The position numbers and the translations under genes were made by a program. From assembly GCA_964187785.1 (NCBI GenBank), contig OZ076420.1:47988001-48052000 (forward strand): 64,000 nucleotides of DNA. Direction: 5' to 3'. Each line of letters opens with the position of its first letter. The first letter of the stretch is position 1. Shown here piece by piece: positions 1-13,315 of this stretch. The stretch is from Amphiscolops sp. MND2022. Taxonomy: Eukaryota. The notes under the pieces were generated by a model. That model saw only the letters and a program-made list of their open reading frames with translations, ran no database searches and had not been told where the DNA came from.

Positions 1-3000
1 TACGGAACCAAATTAGTTGGTACAAATTTCATAAAGTTGTCCCTATGTGATGACGAATGTATCCCAAAGTATCACAGCTGAAAGCGCATGTTGGACATTT
101 GTTTTGGTAATTTCTTCGACCTGTCCCCATAGGTAATTAAAATGGATACTCAAAATTAGAGAAACATGATGAAAACAAAGTCAATCTGTCACAGCCTTCA
201 AGTGCAAACGCTTGCTATTTTTCACACGATTATTTGGGTACATTCGAAAATATAAATCAACGCCATTTTCAAAATTTGTCAATTCAAACGTCTGAGAAGT
301 TTCTTCAGTTACATTTACTCCTCTAAATGAGTAATCACTACTAATTGATGACCGTGATCGCCATGTTTTAGCCCTGAGATGGGCTAACTTATAAGCAAAA
401 GAGCTCCAAGAGCACATGCAAAACATCGATGATTCTGAATAGTCATAGAATGAGCGTAATGTTTGCTTATTGGCCTGACACTGTTTTCAGACCGAAAGCA
501 ATCAAACTTTGATTGTTATCTCGAAATTGTGGTAGGGAGCTATTGGAGATAATACACTGAAGCTATTAGCTATGGCTCTCTTAATGTACTCTCACTCCAA
601 GACTCGTCTATACTTTCTCTAGACCAGCTTTAACAGCAATAAGTCCCCTAGAAGTTCTATTGGAGCACTGTTTCATTCCTGTTCTAGAAATGAATCCAGG
701 AAAACGAAACAGTTAAGCCGGTGTAACAGGCCAGACATTTGTTATGTAATAGTGTTTCAAAACTACTTTAATCTGTCAAAGTGGTCTTTCCTACAAAAAG
801 AGTTACCCAAGACAGAAATAACAAGACTTCGGAAGAACCAATCAACATTCAAGTTAGTATTGAAACCGTTTGTTGCAATGACTTCAAAAAACCAAGAACT
901 AAGTTCAGTTTATAGATAAAGGCAGGGTATGGAAAAATATCTGTCATGGAAAGATAATAGGCTGAGATCCTATGCAATACCATGCATGGTCATGTATACT
1001 TGCTCGACTCCATGCATGGACCATGTAAAGTCTCAGATACCATGCATACCGTCAATTTTTGAAAACATCAAAAATCTGAAAAATCGTTTGGTTAGAAATT
1101 TCGATTTCACTACTTTCCCATGAATTACAAGGTTTTATCAAATTGATTGAAAAAAGTCAGATCGCAATAGATAATTTGGGAGAAAAAAGCAAAAAGGTAC
1201 CTGCTTTGGGAGATTTTTTGTCCAACTATCAGAGTACCTAAAATTTCTCAGCGGAAAAATTTCTGTTTCGAATTTCTGCAAAATCTGTTTGCAATTTCAG
1301 ACCATATGCGACAACTTTAGCGGAAATTTTGCTTTGTTTCAAATTTTTATGATTTGTTTTTGTCATGCTGAAATAATTTTTCTACATAACTTCATTTTTG
1401 GGGCTGAATGGAGTCTACGGCCTCAACGTGGTTCCTGTTATGTGAGACCCTTTTTGTCTCACTAGCAACGCACCACCAAAATTCTTAAAAAAGACTTCAA
1501 TAATAAATATCTGCAAATTCTGTATGCAGTTCCAGCCCGTGTTCAACATTTTCAATGAGCTTGTTGCTTCATCAATATCATTGTTTCGTTTATGGGATAT
1601 TTGTATAATTTCATACGCTTTCATGCACGGTACCATATGTAGTTATTGTTCGGAATCATATTGTTCCATGCATGAAATGGCATGCAATTCTCAGCGATTA
1701 CCAGAAATTTCGTCGTCAGAAATTTCGGCGTTAAACTTTTCGTCGTCGGTGATTACGTTCTATAAAACGTTGAATTTTCTCTAATCTATTAGGAATCGTC
1801 TTTTTATAGAGTCTTAATTATTATCGATAATTGTGCAATTATTACTATCATTGACTACTTATAGTTATGGTTTTAAGAGAAAAAGTTTCGGACCATGTTC
1901 CTTACCCACCATCCCCTCTAAAGATACACCTTGTTTTTTTATCCCACCAACACGAAGTTGTTTCGACACTTGAAGCAAAAATTCCCCCTGGAACAAGCCT
2001 AAATTGTAATGTACAGTAGTGATATTTCTAAAAGCAACAAAAGGCAAATCTCAAAATCGAATATCTCTAAAACAGCAGCGATTTTTGGAAAATAATAAAA
2101 GTGAAAGTTTCTTAGATTTTTATCTAGTTTACAAATATGTTTATTTGAAGATTATGCGATGAAAATTGTAAAAGTTACGATAGGCCATTTTCAGCCAAAT
2201 TTAGGTCAAAATTGAGGTTTTTCTCACTTTTGGTCTACTTTTGCTCAAAGTGTTTGAAATATTTTTTTTCAATTGACCCCCCTGGTTTACCTGTGTTCTT
2301 GCCGAATCAAATTTGAGACTGAATTTGATCATGCGTTGATTGATTTTATATATTCGACAGACTGAAACCTTTTTCATTTCCGGATTAGTGGAAATTCGGC
2401 CTAGTGTGAAGCCCCCACGACCAGTACCTCTGTGGTCGAAAAATGATTCCGTGCATAAGTTCACAGTACCTCCAAAAGTTGTTTGACGTTGTTGTCGAAA
2501 CTTATATTGTTCACATGCAAAAATTGAAACTTCCAGAACTCTTGACATTAGTTGGAAAAATTGAACATTTACTGTTTTGAACAGGTAACCAAGAAGAAAC
2601 AACGTTTTGAACGCGCCAATTATCATTAACTGAAGCGGCATTTACGTAATCCGAAATCAATTCCGATTGATTGACAGTCCGATTGTAGTTTTTCCAATGA
2701 TTTCTTTATAAATGACGTCTTTCAAAACTTAGTTTTCTGTGCGTACCATTGTTCTTGGTTCAAAATGTAAAATGCACTCCTCGGTGACCTGAACTTTTGT
2801 TATTAGGTGATGCAAAAAAACCAAGCGCACAAAAGCTGGTTTTCGAAATTCTGAATTGTTTGTCAACGCTATCTGCATTAAAAATCCAATTTAGCCTTTT
2901 CAACCATTTCAATCATTCAGAGTCACTTTTTGTGTCTCTGCCACCACGGTGGCACAAAGTTAAAATACTAGGTGAACAAAAAACATAGGCGCGACGGTAT

Positions 3001-3006
3001 GTAGCG

Positions 3007-4080
3007 CTTGGCCTCGAGCAGAACCGTTCAATGGTCTGAAGAAGGTGCTACAAAACGAGTATATCCCAGGGCCCAAGACCTAGTGAACCTACCTAGTCTC
3101 AGATCAGGATATTTTGATGAAAAAAAATTAAACTTATGAATGAAAAATTTTTTGAGAAAAAAATTCAAGTATTTTTGGCTGAAAAACGAAGGCGTCATAC
3201 TTCATGACGGAAACTTTGATATTACAAAAAGTAGCCTACATCCTTGCCTCACTTTGTGAGTGAGAACGGTTTTCGTATCTATTTTCAGTTCTGAGAAAAA
3301 TTAGCTACCAATTGGGAAAAAATTGGACTTTTTTCATTCCTTTAATTGCCCAAAAAAAACCAGAGCGAAAAAATTTCGACATCACGTTTAGCCTAAAACG
3401 TAGCTTACAGAACCCTCTTACACTTTACACAACCATGAACCCCGTATTTGGTCTCGGTGATGAGAAATTGGAGCTCAAGTATAAAAGAACAAAGAAAAGT
3501 TTTTTTTTAAAAAAAATCAATTATTTTTGGCAGAAAAACGAAGGCGTCGTACTTGATGACAGAAACTTTGTTGGTCCAAAAACAGTCTACATCCTTACAG
3601 TTTTTCTTGAGGGGGAATGGTTTCTGTATCTTTTATCAGTTTTGAGAAATATGAGCTACAAATGAGAAAAAATATTCGACATTTTTTTTCATCACTTTTT
3701 TGCCCTGAACAATCTAGTCTGAAAAAAAATTTGACGTCATTTTTAGCCAAAGATGTAGCCTATGAAATGCTTGTACAATTTACGAAACCATGGACTCTGT
3801 ATTCAATCTCAGTTCTTAGATACAGGGGATCAAAGACGAAAAACACTCGAAAATTGCGTTTTTCAAAATTTCTGTGCAAAAAATCCATGAAGACAAATTT
3901 TTAATTTTTTTATAGGCGAAAATGTAGCCTAGGAACATTTAACGAAAACATGGTATTCATATCTATTCTCACGAGACGAGGTTTTGAGTAATTTGCCTCA
4001 CAAGTTTGAAAAGTTGGCAGATGTCACCAAATCTACGAAAAAAACTCGATCATATGGGCACCTCGATAAGCTCGAGCCCC
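3007..4080 (+). repeat. Dispersed non-autonomous repeat, uninterrupted copy; second copy at 7091-7574 plus 10196-10350
   Basis: Both copies begin gcttggcctcgagcaga..caatggtctgaagaaggtgctacaaaa and end gctcgagcccc. Internal blocks are shared (gaaaaacgaaggcgtcatacttcatgacggaaactttg; cacaagtttgaaaagttggcagatgtcac). No TSD found. Confidence 0.75.
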
Positions 4081-5220
4081 AATAACTAGTTCATCCACCA
4101 AAGAGACTTCGTTGAATTACACCAGCAACCATTCTGTATCCTGCCTGATATATCTCATTGTTCTCCGCAAATAACAGGTTCATGTTTGAATTCGGTGGAA
4201 AGACGTCTCCTAGTTTAAAGCATATTACAGTTCCAAAAGTGGGTATTTTGGATTTTTGCAGAGAACTCGGAAAATCAGTGAATTACATGTTTAAATGTTT
4301 GTCAGTAGATTTCGGTAACTTAGTAGCACAAAAGTGTGCTAACCCACTTTTGGCACTGTAATGCATTGGTTGTGCAACCGTCTCAAAATTCTCCAGGTCC
4401 TCTTTCTTTACGAAAGTTCTGTCGAGTAAATAAAGCTTTTTAAGAGTTGTGAGCGGTAATAGTTCATCTACGAAACCGACAAATATCTTTTCTCGTTTAT
4501 GTATTGGAAAGTTGCAATCAACGCGCAATTTTCCTAAGGTCATTCTTTGATTGTCGCTTTTTTACTCCGTTTGCAAAACTAGACAAAAGTTCTTGTCGCA
4601 ATTCTGCAAACCTCGTCGAACATATTTTGATTCCACAAAAGGGTGATTTTTGATGATTTTATACAAAGCAAATTTTTAAATGAGCCAATTAGGTCCACAT
4701 TTTTGTGCTGTGAGATAGTGCAGGTTTTCAGATTATTCGCAGCTGTTCTTTGAAGTTTAGGTGGGGTTTAGTAGACTTCGAAAAATATGGTTGCTCCAAG
4801 AGAACCGAGTAGTTGTCAAAAAACTGTTACAACTTCCAAACTGGTAAAGTCAAAAAAGTACTTAACTTGCCTCTGATTTGGCAAGATCCAAAAAAGTCGA
4901 GAATGAAGTTAATGATTTTGTTGTAGGGAATTTTAAACTTTCTTTGTAATATAACAGAAAACGGTAATCTTTTTTCAATGAAAATTTTAAAAAAACATAC
5001 GTGAGTTGAGTATCGATGAACACTAGTGGCGAGCGAATTACCTTCAAGACATGCTTCGATGCTAAATTGATACACAATGCGCTCCTGATACGTTTCCATA
5101 ATTGAACGCTCCATACAATCACAGCATCCCAAAAGCAACCAAGACTCAAAAATCGAGGGCCATTTTGCGGCCTTGCTACGAAGCACAAAGACAACTGAAA
5201 AAATTTTTGGATACTATTTG

Positions 5221-5753
5221 TTAGTAGGCGCTTTGTGTAGAAAACGCAGACTATAGCAGTGACTTTTCTCTTTTTCTTTTTTTAAAGACCAACGAAGTGA
5301 CAGATTTTAGAGGATTCATAAGCTGACTTGCACTAACACTAAGTGCCACACTACTTCTACTGGCACTTGGCATAGAGATTAATTTGGCTTTTTTGAGGTC
5401 TGCCAAGCAGAAGGACGTGGATTCTAGTCCCGCTCTTGACCAAAAATTTTTTGTGCAGGTTATTTGGGCTTCGTGAGACTTTTTTCGCAAAATTTTTTAA
5501 ATGTCTTCAAAGAGTCCCCCTTCAATGTTTTTCTATTTTGAAAAAGAATGGATGTTCAAAAACTCCCCTTTTACATTTTTCGGCACTATGCGACTTACCG
5601 GAGACGAAAATAATTTCGCAAAAAAATTCGGATAAACTTTTTCAATTTTTTCTTCATGCGGGTACTGTAGAAGAGAATACTTGACACTTTGAAGTCCTTT
5701 TGCTATTTTTGAGCCTTAGATATGGCGCCGACTTGGGCCGTTCCCGGCTTGTT
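5221..5753 (+). mobile_element. Helentron/DINE-1-like non-autonomous element (HINE-like), contains a tRNA-like B-box segment near 5419
   Basis: Degenerate 5' palindrome ttagtaggcgc...cgcagacta. 3' end gcgccgactt plus hairpin gccg-ttcc-cggc plus ttgtt at 5725-5753. Confidence 0.6.
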
Positions 5754-5933
5754 ACTTTATATTCAACCTAATTTGATCAACGAATTCAGATTGAAAAATG
5801 TAATAGTAATTCCAATAATTCTTATGATAAATCTAAATCTCGAACATGCTAAATACCGATCATAATCAAAAACCCAATTTTCCGTAAAGTTGAATTATCC
5901 GACTGTTTGAAAATTTCGGAATCTGAAGTCATG

Positions 5934-6745
5934 TCATTGAAAATTGTCTCTGAAGACTCGATTCAACCAATGTCTAAATTTTCCTCCTGCCGTGCCAACT
6001 TTTGCAAAATAATTTTTTATAGGGCTATAGATAGTGAAACTGGAAGCACCAATCAGACATTTGGCAATACCATTCCTTCTAATAATCATTGGACTACCGA
6101 AGTCGGTGTAAGTCATTGATGATCCTTGTGAAATGCTGCTTGCGCAGGATGAGAAGTTTGACAAACTTCAAAATCAAGATCTCTACAATAAATTCTCTGA
6201 ATCGATGTTTGCATCAACCTTTCAGCACGGACTTGTGGGTTTAGATTGGTGAAGCCTAATCCAATGGCAAGGCCATACAAGTTTCTTGGCCTAATTTTGT
6301 CATCGTGACGACAGAGAGGAAGGATTGTTCGCTGGAACGAAGTCCGTATGTGAACTTCATCAACGAGTTTGATAAGTGCAACATCAAAAGGACTCCGAAG
6401 ACAATTAGTTGACGTTTCATACATAAAATGCACAAAGAACTTTTCGCAAGAGTGATATCTCAAAGTCCAGTTATTTGGCGTAGAAACATCCCCATAAAGT
6501 ACATAAACTTCAATAGGAGAAGCCCAACGGTTTTCAGCGTCGAAATATAGACAATGAGCTGCTGTCAAAACTGCATCTACTCTAACAAGTGTTCCTCCAC
6601 ACATATGGTCCCCTCGCTGGACCACAGCGAAGAAAGGATAGTCAGGAGCTGGTTCACCTCCAATAATCCCATGAGTCACATTTGAATAGAGAAGATAAAC
6701 CACTGTAATTGAAATTGGTAAACGTAGTCTCAAGTATAATATCAT
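5934..6745 (-). pseudogene. Intronless trypsin-like (S1) serine protease homologue, frameshifted near 6160, catalytic Ser replaced
   Basis: Signal-like N-terminus then IIGG, CGGTL, LTAAHC (His57) and FDVALIKL (Asp102) in ORF 6113-6754. The C-terminal half continues in ORF 5934-6164, where TDFGSPM stands in place of GDSGGP. Confidence 0.85.
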
Positions 6746-7720
6746 TGATAACACCTCCTTGGTCTAATTCTGAGCTTGACGGGCGGAAGAGCGAAAAGCA
6801 TTCAACCTGACTTTCCGTTTGTCCAACTTTGAGTGTTTACAGATGAAACTAATTGTAGTCCTAAATGCAAAGTGAGACATTCAAAATGGTTTTGTTTACT
6901 CCTAATACTAGTGTTACAGCTTTTCAAATGCTTTCTCTATGAAAGCGAACATTATATTTCCAAAACTGCGGAAAACGAAATTGGCAGAACACTAAGTTTA
7001 GATCTTGTATTTGACTCCGTGAAGCTTTTTGGAAAACTACTATATTTTATGCACTCACCTTTGTCGATGGTAGATATATTGTTTAAGATTGCTTGGCCTC
7101 GAGCAGAAACGTCCAATGGTCTGAAGAAGGTGCTACAAAATGAGTATATTCCAGGGCCCAAGACCTAGGATCAGGATATTTTGATGAAAAAACTAAACTT
7201 ATGAATACAAAATTTTTTGAGAAAAGAATTCAAGTATTTTTGGCTGAAAAACGAAGGCGTCATACTTCATGACGGAAACTTTGATAGTACAAAAAGTAGC
7301 TTGCATCCTTGCCTCACTTTGTGAGTGAGAATGGTTTTAGTATATTTTCAGTTCGGAGAAAAATCAGCTACAATTTGAAAAAAATGGAAAAAAATTAGAA
7401 AAATTTTTTCATTACTTTATTTGCTCAAAAAAATCCAGAAAGAAAAAATTTTCCGAGTCATTGTTAACCTAAAACGTAGCCTACATAAACTTCATAAAAC
7501 TAAAGAAACCATGAACTCCATATTTGCGTGAACCCATGAAGCCGATTTTTTTTAATGTTGTCAACGAAAATATACCCGGGTCGACCCTCCATGGATATCT
7601 TAGTAAGATCTTGGCAAGATCTTGCCAAGATCTTGGAAAAATCTTAGCTAAGATCGTGACAAGATATTGCCAAGAATTGCAAGATGCCATGGTAAGATCT
7701 TATCAAGAGAGCCATGTTTC

Positions 7721-7912
7721 CAAGAAAAATCTTACTAAGAAGCCCAAAATGGCAAGGAAAATCTTACTAAGAAGCCCAATATGGCAAGAAAAATCTTACT
7801 AAGAAGCCCAATATGGCAAGAAAAATCTTACTAAGAAGCCCAATATGGCAAGAAAAATCTTACTAAGAAGCCCAATATGGCAAGAAAAATCTAACTAAGA
7901 AGCCGAATATGG
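7721..7912. repeat. 32-bp tandem repeat, 6 units
   Basis: Unit caagaaaaatcttactaagaagcccaatatgg starts at 7721, 7753, 7785, 7817, 7849 and 7881. Confidence 0.95.
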
Positions 7913-8184
7913 AAAGAAAAAAGTGCTACGAACTGCTCGATATCGAGAAAAAGTAGAATCAGAAAATCATTAAATTAAGAGTTATGTAAAAATAATCTAG
8001 ACATCACTCAAAACAAAATTACTGAATGATTTTTACAACCATTTCGATATCGTAGATACATTATTGTCATTTTGTGAATGAATTGATTTTCATTTGTCGC
8101 TCGTAGACTAATTTTGGGGATTTCTTTCGAAGCTTTCTTTCAAAAGGTGAAAAATTGCTTTGCGCGAATGAACTTCCTCGGCGT

Positions 8185-9380
8185 TCCAATTTCATACTGA
8201 CCCTGAAAAAAACATCCTACATCGTTTTCCATTTCACAGGAATAAGATCTAAAGCCACTGAAATAATGAATAAAAGCACAGGAATAAGATCTAAAACCAC
8301 TGAATTGAGAACCGAATCATCAGCAATATACATGAAATAAGATCTAAAATTCCCCAATACGACATTTTTTTCAATTTTAATCGTAAAAATCAATAAATGG
8401 GCACAAATCTGTGTACGTCGGTTCTCATTTTAGTGGTAGAAGATCTAAAGCCATTGAAATAACCACTAAAACTGCTGAAAAATCTAAAATTCATCACGAC
8501 ATTTTCTCCCATTTCATACTGAAAACCCCTGAAAAAAAACCTACGTCGGTTTCCATTTCACAGGAATAAGATCTAAAACCACTGAATTAAAAACCGAATC
8601 AACAGCAATGTACATGGAATAAGATCTAAAATTCCCTAATACATTTTCTCCAATTTCATTCGTAAAAAATTTTAAAAATGGACTCAAATCTGTGTACGTC
8701 GGTTCTCATTTTAGTAGAAGATCACGACATTTTCTCCAATTTCATACTGAAAACCCCTGAAAAAAAACCTACGTCGGTTTCCATTTCACAGGAATAAGAT
8801 CTAACACCACTGAACTGAAAACCGAATCAACAGCATTACACATGGAATAAGATCTAAAATTCCCCAATACGACATTTTCTCCAATTTCATTCGTAAAAAA
8901 TTAAAAAATGGACCCAAATCTGTGTACGTCGGTTCTCATTTTAGTAGTAGAAGATCACGACATTTTCTCAAATTTCTCCATGAAAACCCCTGAAAAAAAA
9001 CCTGCGTCGGTTTCCATTTCACAGGAATAAGATCTAACACCACTGAACTGAAAACCGAATCAACAGCAATATACATGGAATAAGATCTAAAATTCCCCGA
9101 TACGACATTTTCTCCAATTTCATTCGTAAAAAATTAAAAAACGGACTAAAATCTGTGCACGTCTGTTCTCATTTTAGTGGCAGAAGATCTTAGGCCATTG
9201 GAATAAGGACTAAAACCTCTGGAAACTCTAAAATTAATCACAACGACGATATTTTCTCCAATCTCATACTGAAAACCCCTGAAAAAACCTCAGACATCGG
9301 TTTCCATTTCACAGGAATAGGATCTAAAGCCACTGAAATAATGTCTAAAAGCACAGGAATAAGATCTAAAATCTCTGGAA
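8185..9380. repeat. Degenerate tandem repeat of about 230 bp, 4-5 units, rich in gaataagatctaaa
   Basis: Recurrent blocks cgacattttctccaatttcatactgaaaacccctgaaaaa, gtcggtttccatttcacaggaataagatctaa and aaatctgtgtacgtcggttctcattttagt. Confidence 0.85.
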
Positions 9381-9425
9381 TAAGGTTTGGATTCACAGAA
9401 AATTTGAATCTTTACAGGAAATCAA

Positions 9426-9928
9426 GGGCTTCGGGCAATAAGTTCGATTTACTAAGTTCGAATGTGAACTAGTGGAATAAGTTCGAATAGGAATAGTTTC
9501 GAGACACCAAGTTCGAATTTTCATATCGGGCATATCCGGTGTGTCAAGATTAAAATATTACCTTTCGTAAATGTCTCAGAAAATTTTTAATACTTTTCCT
9601 TTTTAATGTGGGGCAAATCCGGTGTATGCACGCTCGCCCTCACCGTCACAAAGACCAGCTACCACTACGATCGCTTCGCGATCTTCGTTCCCGCTAGGTC
9701 TTTGCTCCTGTTTGACCTCGCTTAGCAAGATGGGAACATAAGCGGCCCCAAGGGGCCGCGGGGCACTAGATGAATTGGGGAAATATCAGAGGTACGTTTT
9801 ATACTTACGGCGGTTTGTTCAAAATTCGAACACAGTGATTCGAACTTGTTCCGGTTTTTGGAAAATTCGAACTTAGTCCATTCGAAATTAAAATTTTAAC
9901 TTTTGCGTTCGAACTTATTACCGTGCCC
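9426..9928. mobile_element. Mutator-type MITE, 503 bp
   Basis: TIRs gggcttcgggcaataagttcga and tcgaacttattaccgtgccc with ttcgaa subrepeats. 9-bp TSD ggaaatcaa / tgaaatcaa (8 of 9 match). Confidence 0.8.
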
Positions 9929-11409
9929 TGAAATCAAGGTCCAGGCTGAGAAGTCACGTAAAGACCCGGCAAAAGAATTATCATACGAATGTAGCTAATT
10001 TTAGCACCCTTGATCGAAATTTTGAAATCTTAGAATTTTTTCGATCTTAGTAAGATTTGATCTTGGAATGATGATACATCTTGGTAAGATCTTAGTAAGA
10101 ATCTTGCCATGGGATCCATGGCTGCCAAGATGTAGTAAGAATTTGGCAAGATCTTGCCAAGACAGCCAAGATGCTAGTAAGAGGGTCAACCCGGGTAGCC
10201 GAGGATCTTGCGCAACTTTTAGCGAAAACATGGTGTTCATATCTATTATGGGTTTCGAGAAATTTGCTTCACAAGTTTGAAAAGTTGGCAGATGTCACGA
10301 AATCTGGGGAAAAAACGTCACCATATGGGCACCTAGCAAAGCTCGAGCCCCAAACATAATTTGGAACAATACAAGTACAATTTTTTCCAAACATAATTTG
10401 GAACAATACAAGTACCATTTTTTGAGGCCCACTTAAGATTCAGTACCAGAAAAACTGAAAGCACGAAAAATTTGGGCTTAAATTTTGGTATTTGTCAATT
10501 TTCTAATACAACTTCTAGAAGTGTAGTTCAGCTGTAAATTTTTCCAATTGACAACTTTTTAGTGCCTAGTGAAACAGGAAAAAACGGAGCTGTTTCACCC
10601 TTGAACTGTTATTTAACAGCTACTGAAAAATTTTCTATCCAACTTTCGATCAGTCAAACTTGACATCGTATCACGTTATCACAGATCCGAATAGTGATGG
10701 ATTAGACAGTTACTAAGTATCATCAAAAAACGCTGCAATTAAAATCAATTTGCAAATTTGACAACGAAAACATTCACTAGCAATATGTCAAAAGTTCCCA
10801 AAGTTTCAATGTCAATCATTCAGAACATCAGTTTCGAGGACAACGTCAGACAGGTTTGACAAGTACATTGAAATTAAATCAAGAAAGTGCCAACCAATGC
10901 CCACTTTTTAATACCAGGCAGTTTGAAAACGCGCTTCTCTCACTTTTTGATTGGCAGCTCACTTCAGACTCAGACTTCGTTTTGAGACGCATTTTGTGGA
11001 ACCCATCACTCATATTTTTAGTTTGAGCCAAATATATACATGTATCGTTTTCTGAGGATCACCTTTTATTACTAAGTGAACTATAAAATTTTGAGCTCTA
11101 AAAGCTTTAAATATTTGTCAACAAATGTTTCAAAACAACTCTGAACATTGCAACTCAGCTTTTTAGTCATTCAATTTGACAACTTTTCTTCGAAGCCAAA
11201 AAATTTCACACAACAAAAGTGTGAACGAAATGGCTGGTAAAGAGGTCTAGACTTTTTTGATAGTCCGGACCATACTTTGTTGAAGATTTGATTACTTAAT
11301 GAGAGGATGATTGACAGAAAAAGTGAAAGATTAGCATTGTATTGTTTACAAATATTACGATTTTGAAGAGTGAATATTTTGTGCGTTCCATTTGTTGGTT
11401 CACCTACTA

Positions 11410-11759
11410 GGTGAACCAAAAAAAACGGAACGTAAAAAAAAATTTGAGTCTTCAAAATCGTAATATTTGTAAACAAGAAACTGAAAATCGTTCAATTCTT
11501 CTGTCAGTCATTTAGAATGAAGCTCCTGTTACGTAATTACAACTACGGATGGTTTGAACCTTCAGAAAAAGTGTAGACGTCTTGACCAGTCATTTCATTC
11601 TCACTTTTAATGTGTGAAAGTTCTTTCGCTTCGAAGAAAAGTTGCCAACTTGAATGATTGACAGCAGCGTTCAAAGATGTTGTGAAACTTTTGTTGATAA
11701 ATATTTGAAGCTTTGAGAGATCGAAAATTTTTGTACGTTCCGTTTTTTTTTGGTTCACC
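11410..11759. mobile_element. Tc1/mariner-type MITE with TA TSD
   Basis: TA-ggtgaaccaaaaaaaacggaacgt ... acgttccgtt(t)n-ggttcacc-TA. Abuts the right end of another copy (ggttcaccta at 11397-11406). Confidence 0.7.
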
Positions 11760-13315
11760 TAGTAGTATAATTCGTTCAATTACAAATTTTTCACAGAAAC
11801 GTTTCACAGTTTTATAAACATTTGTAATATGTTGAAATTCTTAAAATAACCATCTGTTCAGCAAATTTTTTACTATTACTTTTTATTTACTTTCTTAACT
11901 TCTTTATTATCAGTTGCCAATTTTGGATTTTCTTCATCCATGGTTTGTGCAGATGGCCTTTTTACATGCATTATTCATCATGAAATATGATAATAATATC
12001 ATATGATATTATATGATCCCTCAACAAAATGACGTAGAAGAAATTTCAGAGAACGTAATGTTCGATGATTTGTTTTAGTTAATTCAACCAGTTTTTGAAA
12101 AAAAAAACACTAACATCAACGTGAGCGCATTGTCCAAACCGAGTGTGTGTATCCTAGAGTTCTACAAGAAGTGTGATAAAATGGTTCCTTCACAAGAGAA
12201 CAAGCCGGGAACGCCACAAGTCGGCGCCCTGCTCAAATTCTATAAAACCATGTCTCTTAAATATGCAACGGACATTCTTGTTAAAATTTTGTCTCTATCT
12301 CAGTACCAAAAAATAACCCAAGTGATACGCATAAGACTCGGAAACCATTTTCCCCCAACTAGAAACACAACAGCCCAGTTTTCGAAAATTAATTATAGGA
12401 GTCGGAAAAAAATTTTCGACTACTAATCCAATAGTATCGTTTCTTTCCGACCTTTTAATGAAAATTTCAACTTTTTAAAAAACTGTCCATATGATTTCCA
12501 TAAAATTTTGCACAATCTTTCTACACCCAAAGATGCTCCTGTCTGAGCAATGTGATCAAAATTGTATGACTGCGATTCGAGAAAGATAGCCAAAATTAGT
12601 CCGGCATCCCCGAAGAGAATCATGCGACAATAAAGTACGTTGTTTTTTTTCAAAGTTTTGATCAGTTTCCCACTATTTTTAACGAATATGCTGCTGTAGT
12701 TTCCAACGTTTTTGTAGGGAATAAGTCTCATAGTCCCGAAAATGTCAAGCTCGCAAATCGCTTTTTTCATGCCGAAAACATTTATGAAAGTGAAGGAGGT
12801 ACACTTTGACCAAATGAATATTTCTTGAGAAATTTCGCCCAGTGTGGAAAACTACCGTTGGTAACTTCCACGCTTTTTGCGAAAACTGTCATCTGTTCCA
12901 CAGGAACAAAAAAACAATCAATCAGGTTATCTTGGGACAACGAAAAGTGCTCACCCATCTCAGAAAGCCAAAGACCAACCCTTTTTTCAAGCTTCGGTAA
13001 GTCGCATTGTGCCGAAAAAACCAAAGGTGGCCCTCCATACTTGCCAAACGCTTCGTTCCTGTTAAAAATTAAAAACGGGCTAAAAATCAATGTTACATTC
13101 GGGTTCATTCCGGTTCATAACCTTACCGAGATTCGGTTCTAAAACTACAAACTTTCAGCTATATGTCTAGAAAACATGTTAGTGCTGACAAATCCAGAAT
13201 ACAACATACTAAATCAGATACATCAATTATTATACTTTGGTATCTATTGTACACACCTAGACAAAAGAGATTCTCTTTTACAAATCTTCTTTTCTTAACC
13301 CCTGAGTTTGTTAGA

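Larger units (their letters stand above)
7575..10195. mobile_element. CCC...GGG TIR element (CMC-EnSpm/CACTA-like, non-autonomous) with TA TSD
   Basis: TIRs cccgggtcgaccctc and gagggtcaacccggg (1 mismatch). TA at 7573-7574 and 10196-10197. Subterminal gatcttggcaag/gatcttgccaag arrays at both ends. The empty site is matched by the paralog near 3918 (cgaaaatgTAgcctagga). Confidence 0.85.

Noticed and set aside
1-930. Coding-like minus-strand sequence including ORF 181-426
   Set aside because: Many stops and no recognisable motif. It may be an old pseudogene but cannot be assigned.
7721-7912. CRISPR-like appearance of the 32-bp repeats
   Set aside because: Units are contiguous with no unique spacers, there are no cas genes, and the context is eukaryotic. 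This is a minisatellite.
10351-10415. 37-bp-period tandem duplication at the end of the host repeat
   Set aside because: A simple local slippage duplication that does not flank an element as a TSD.
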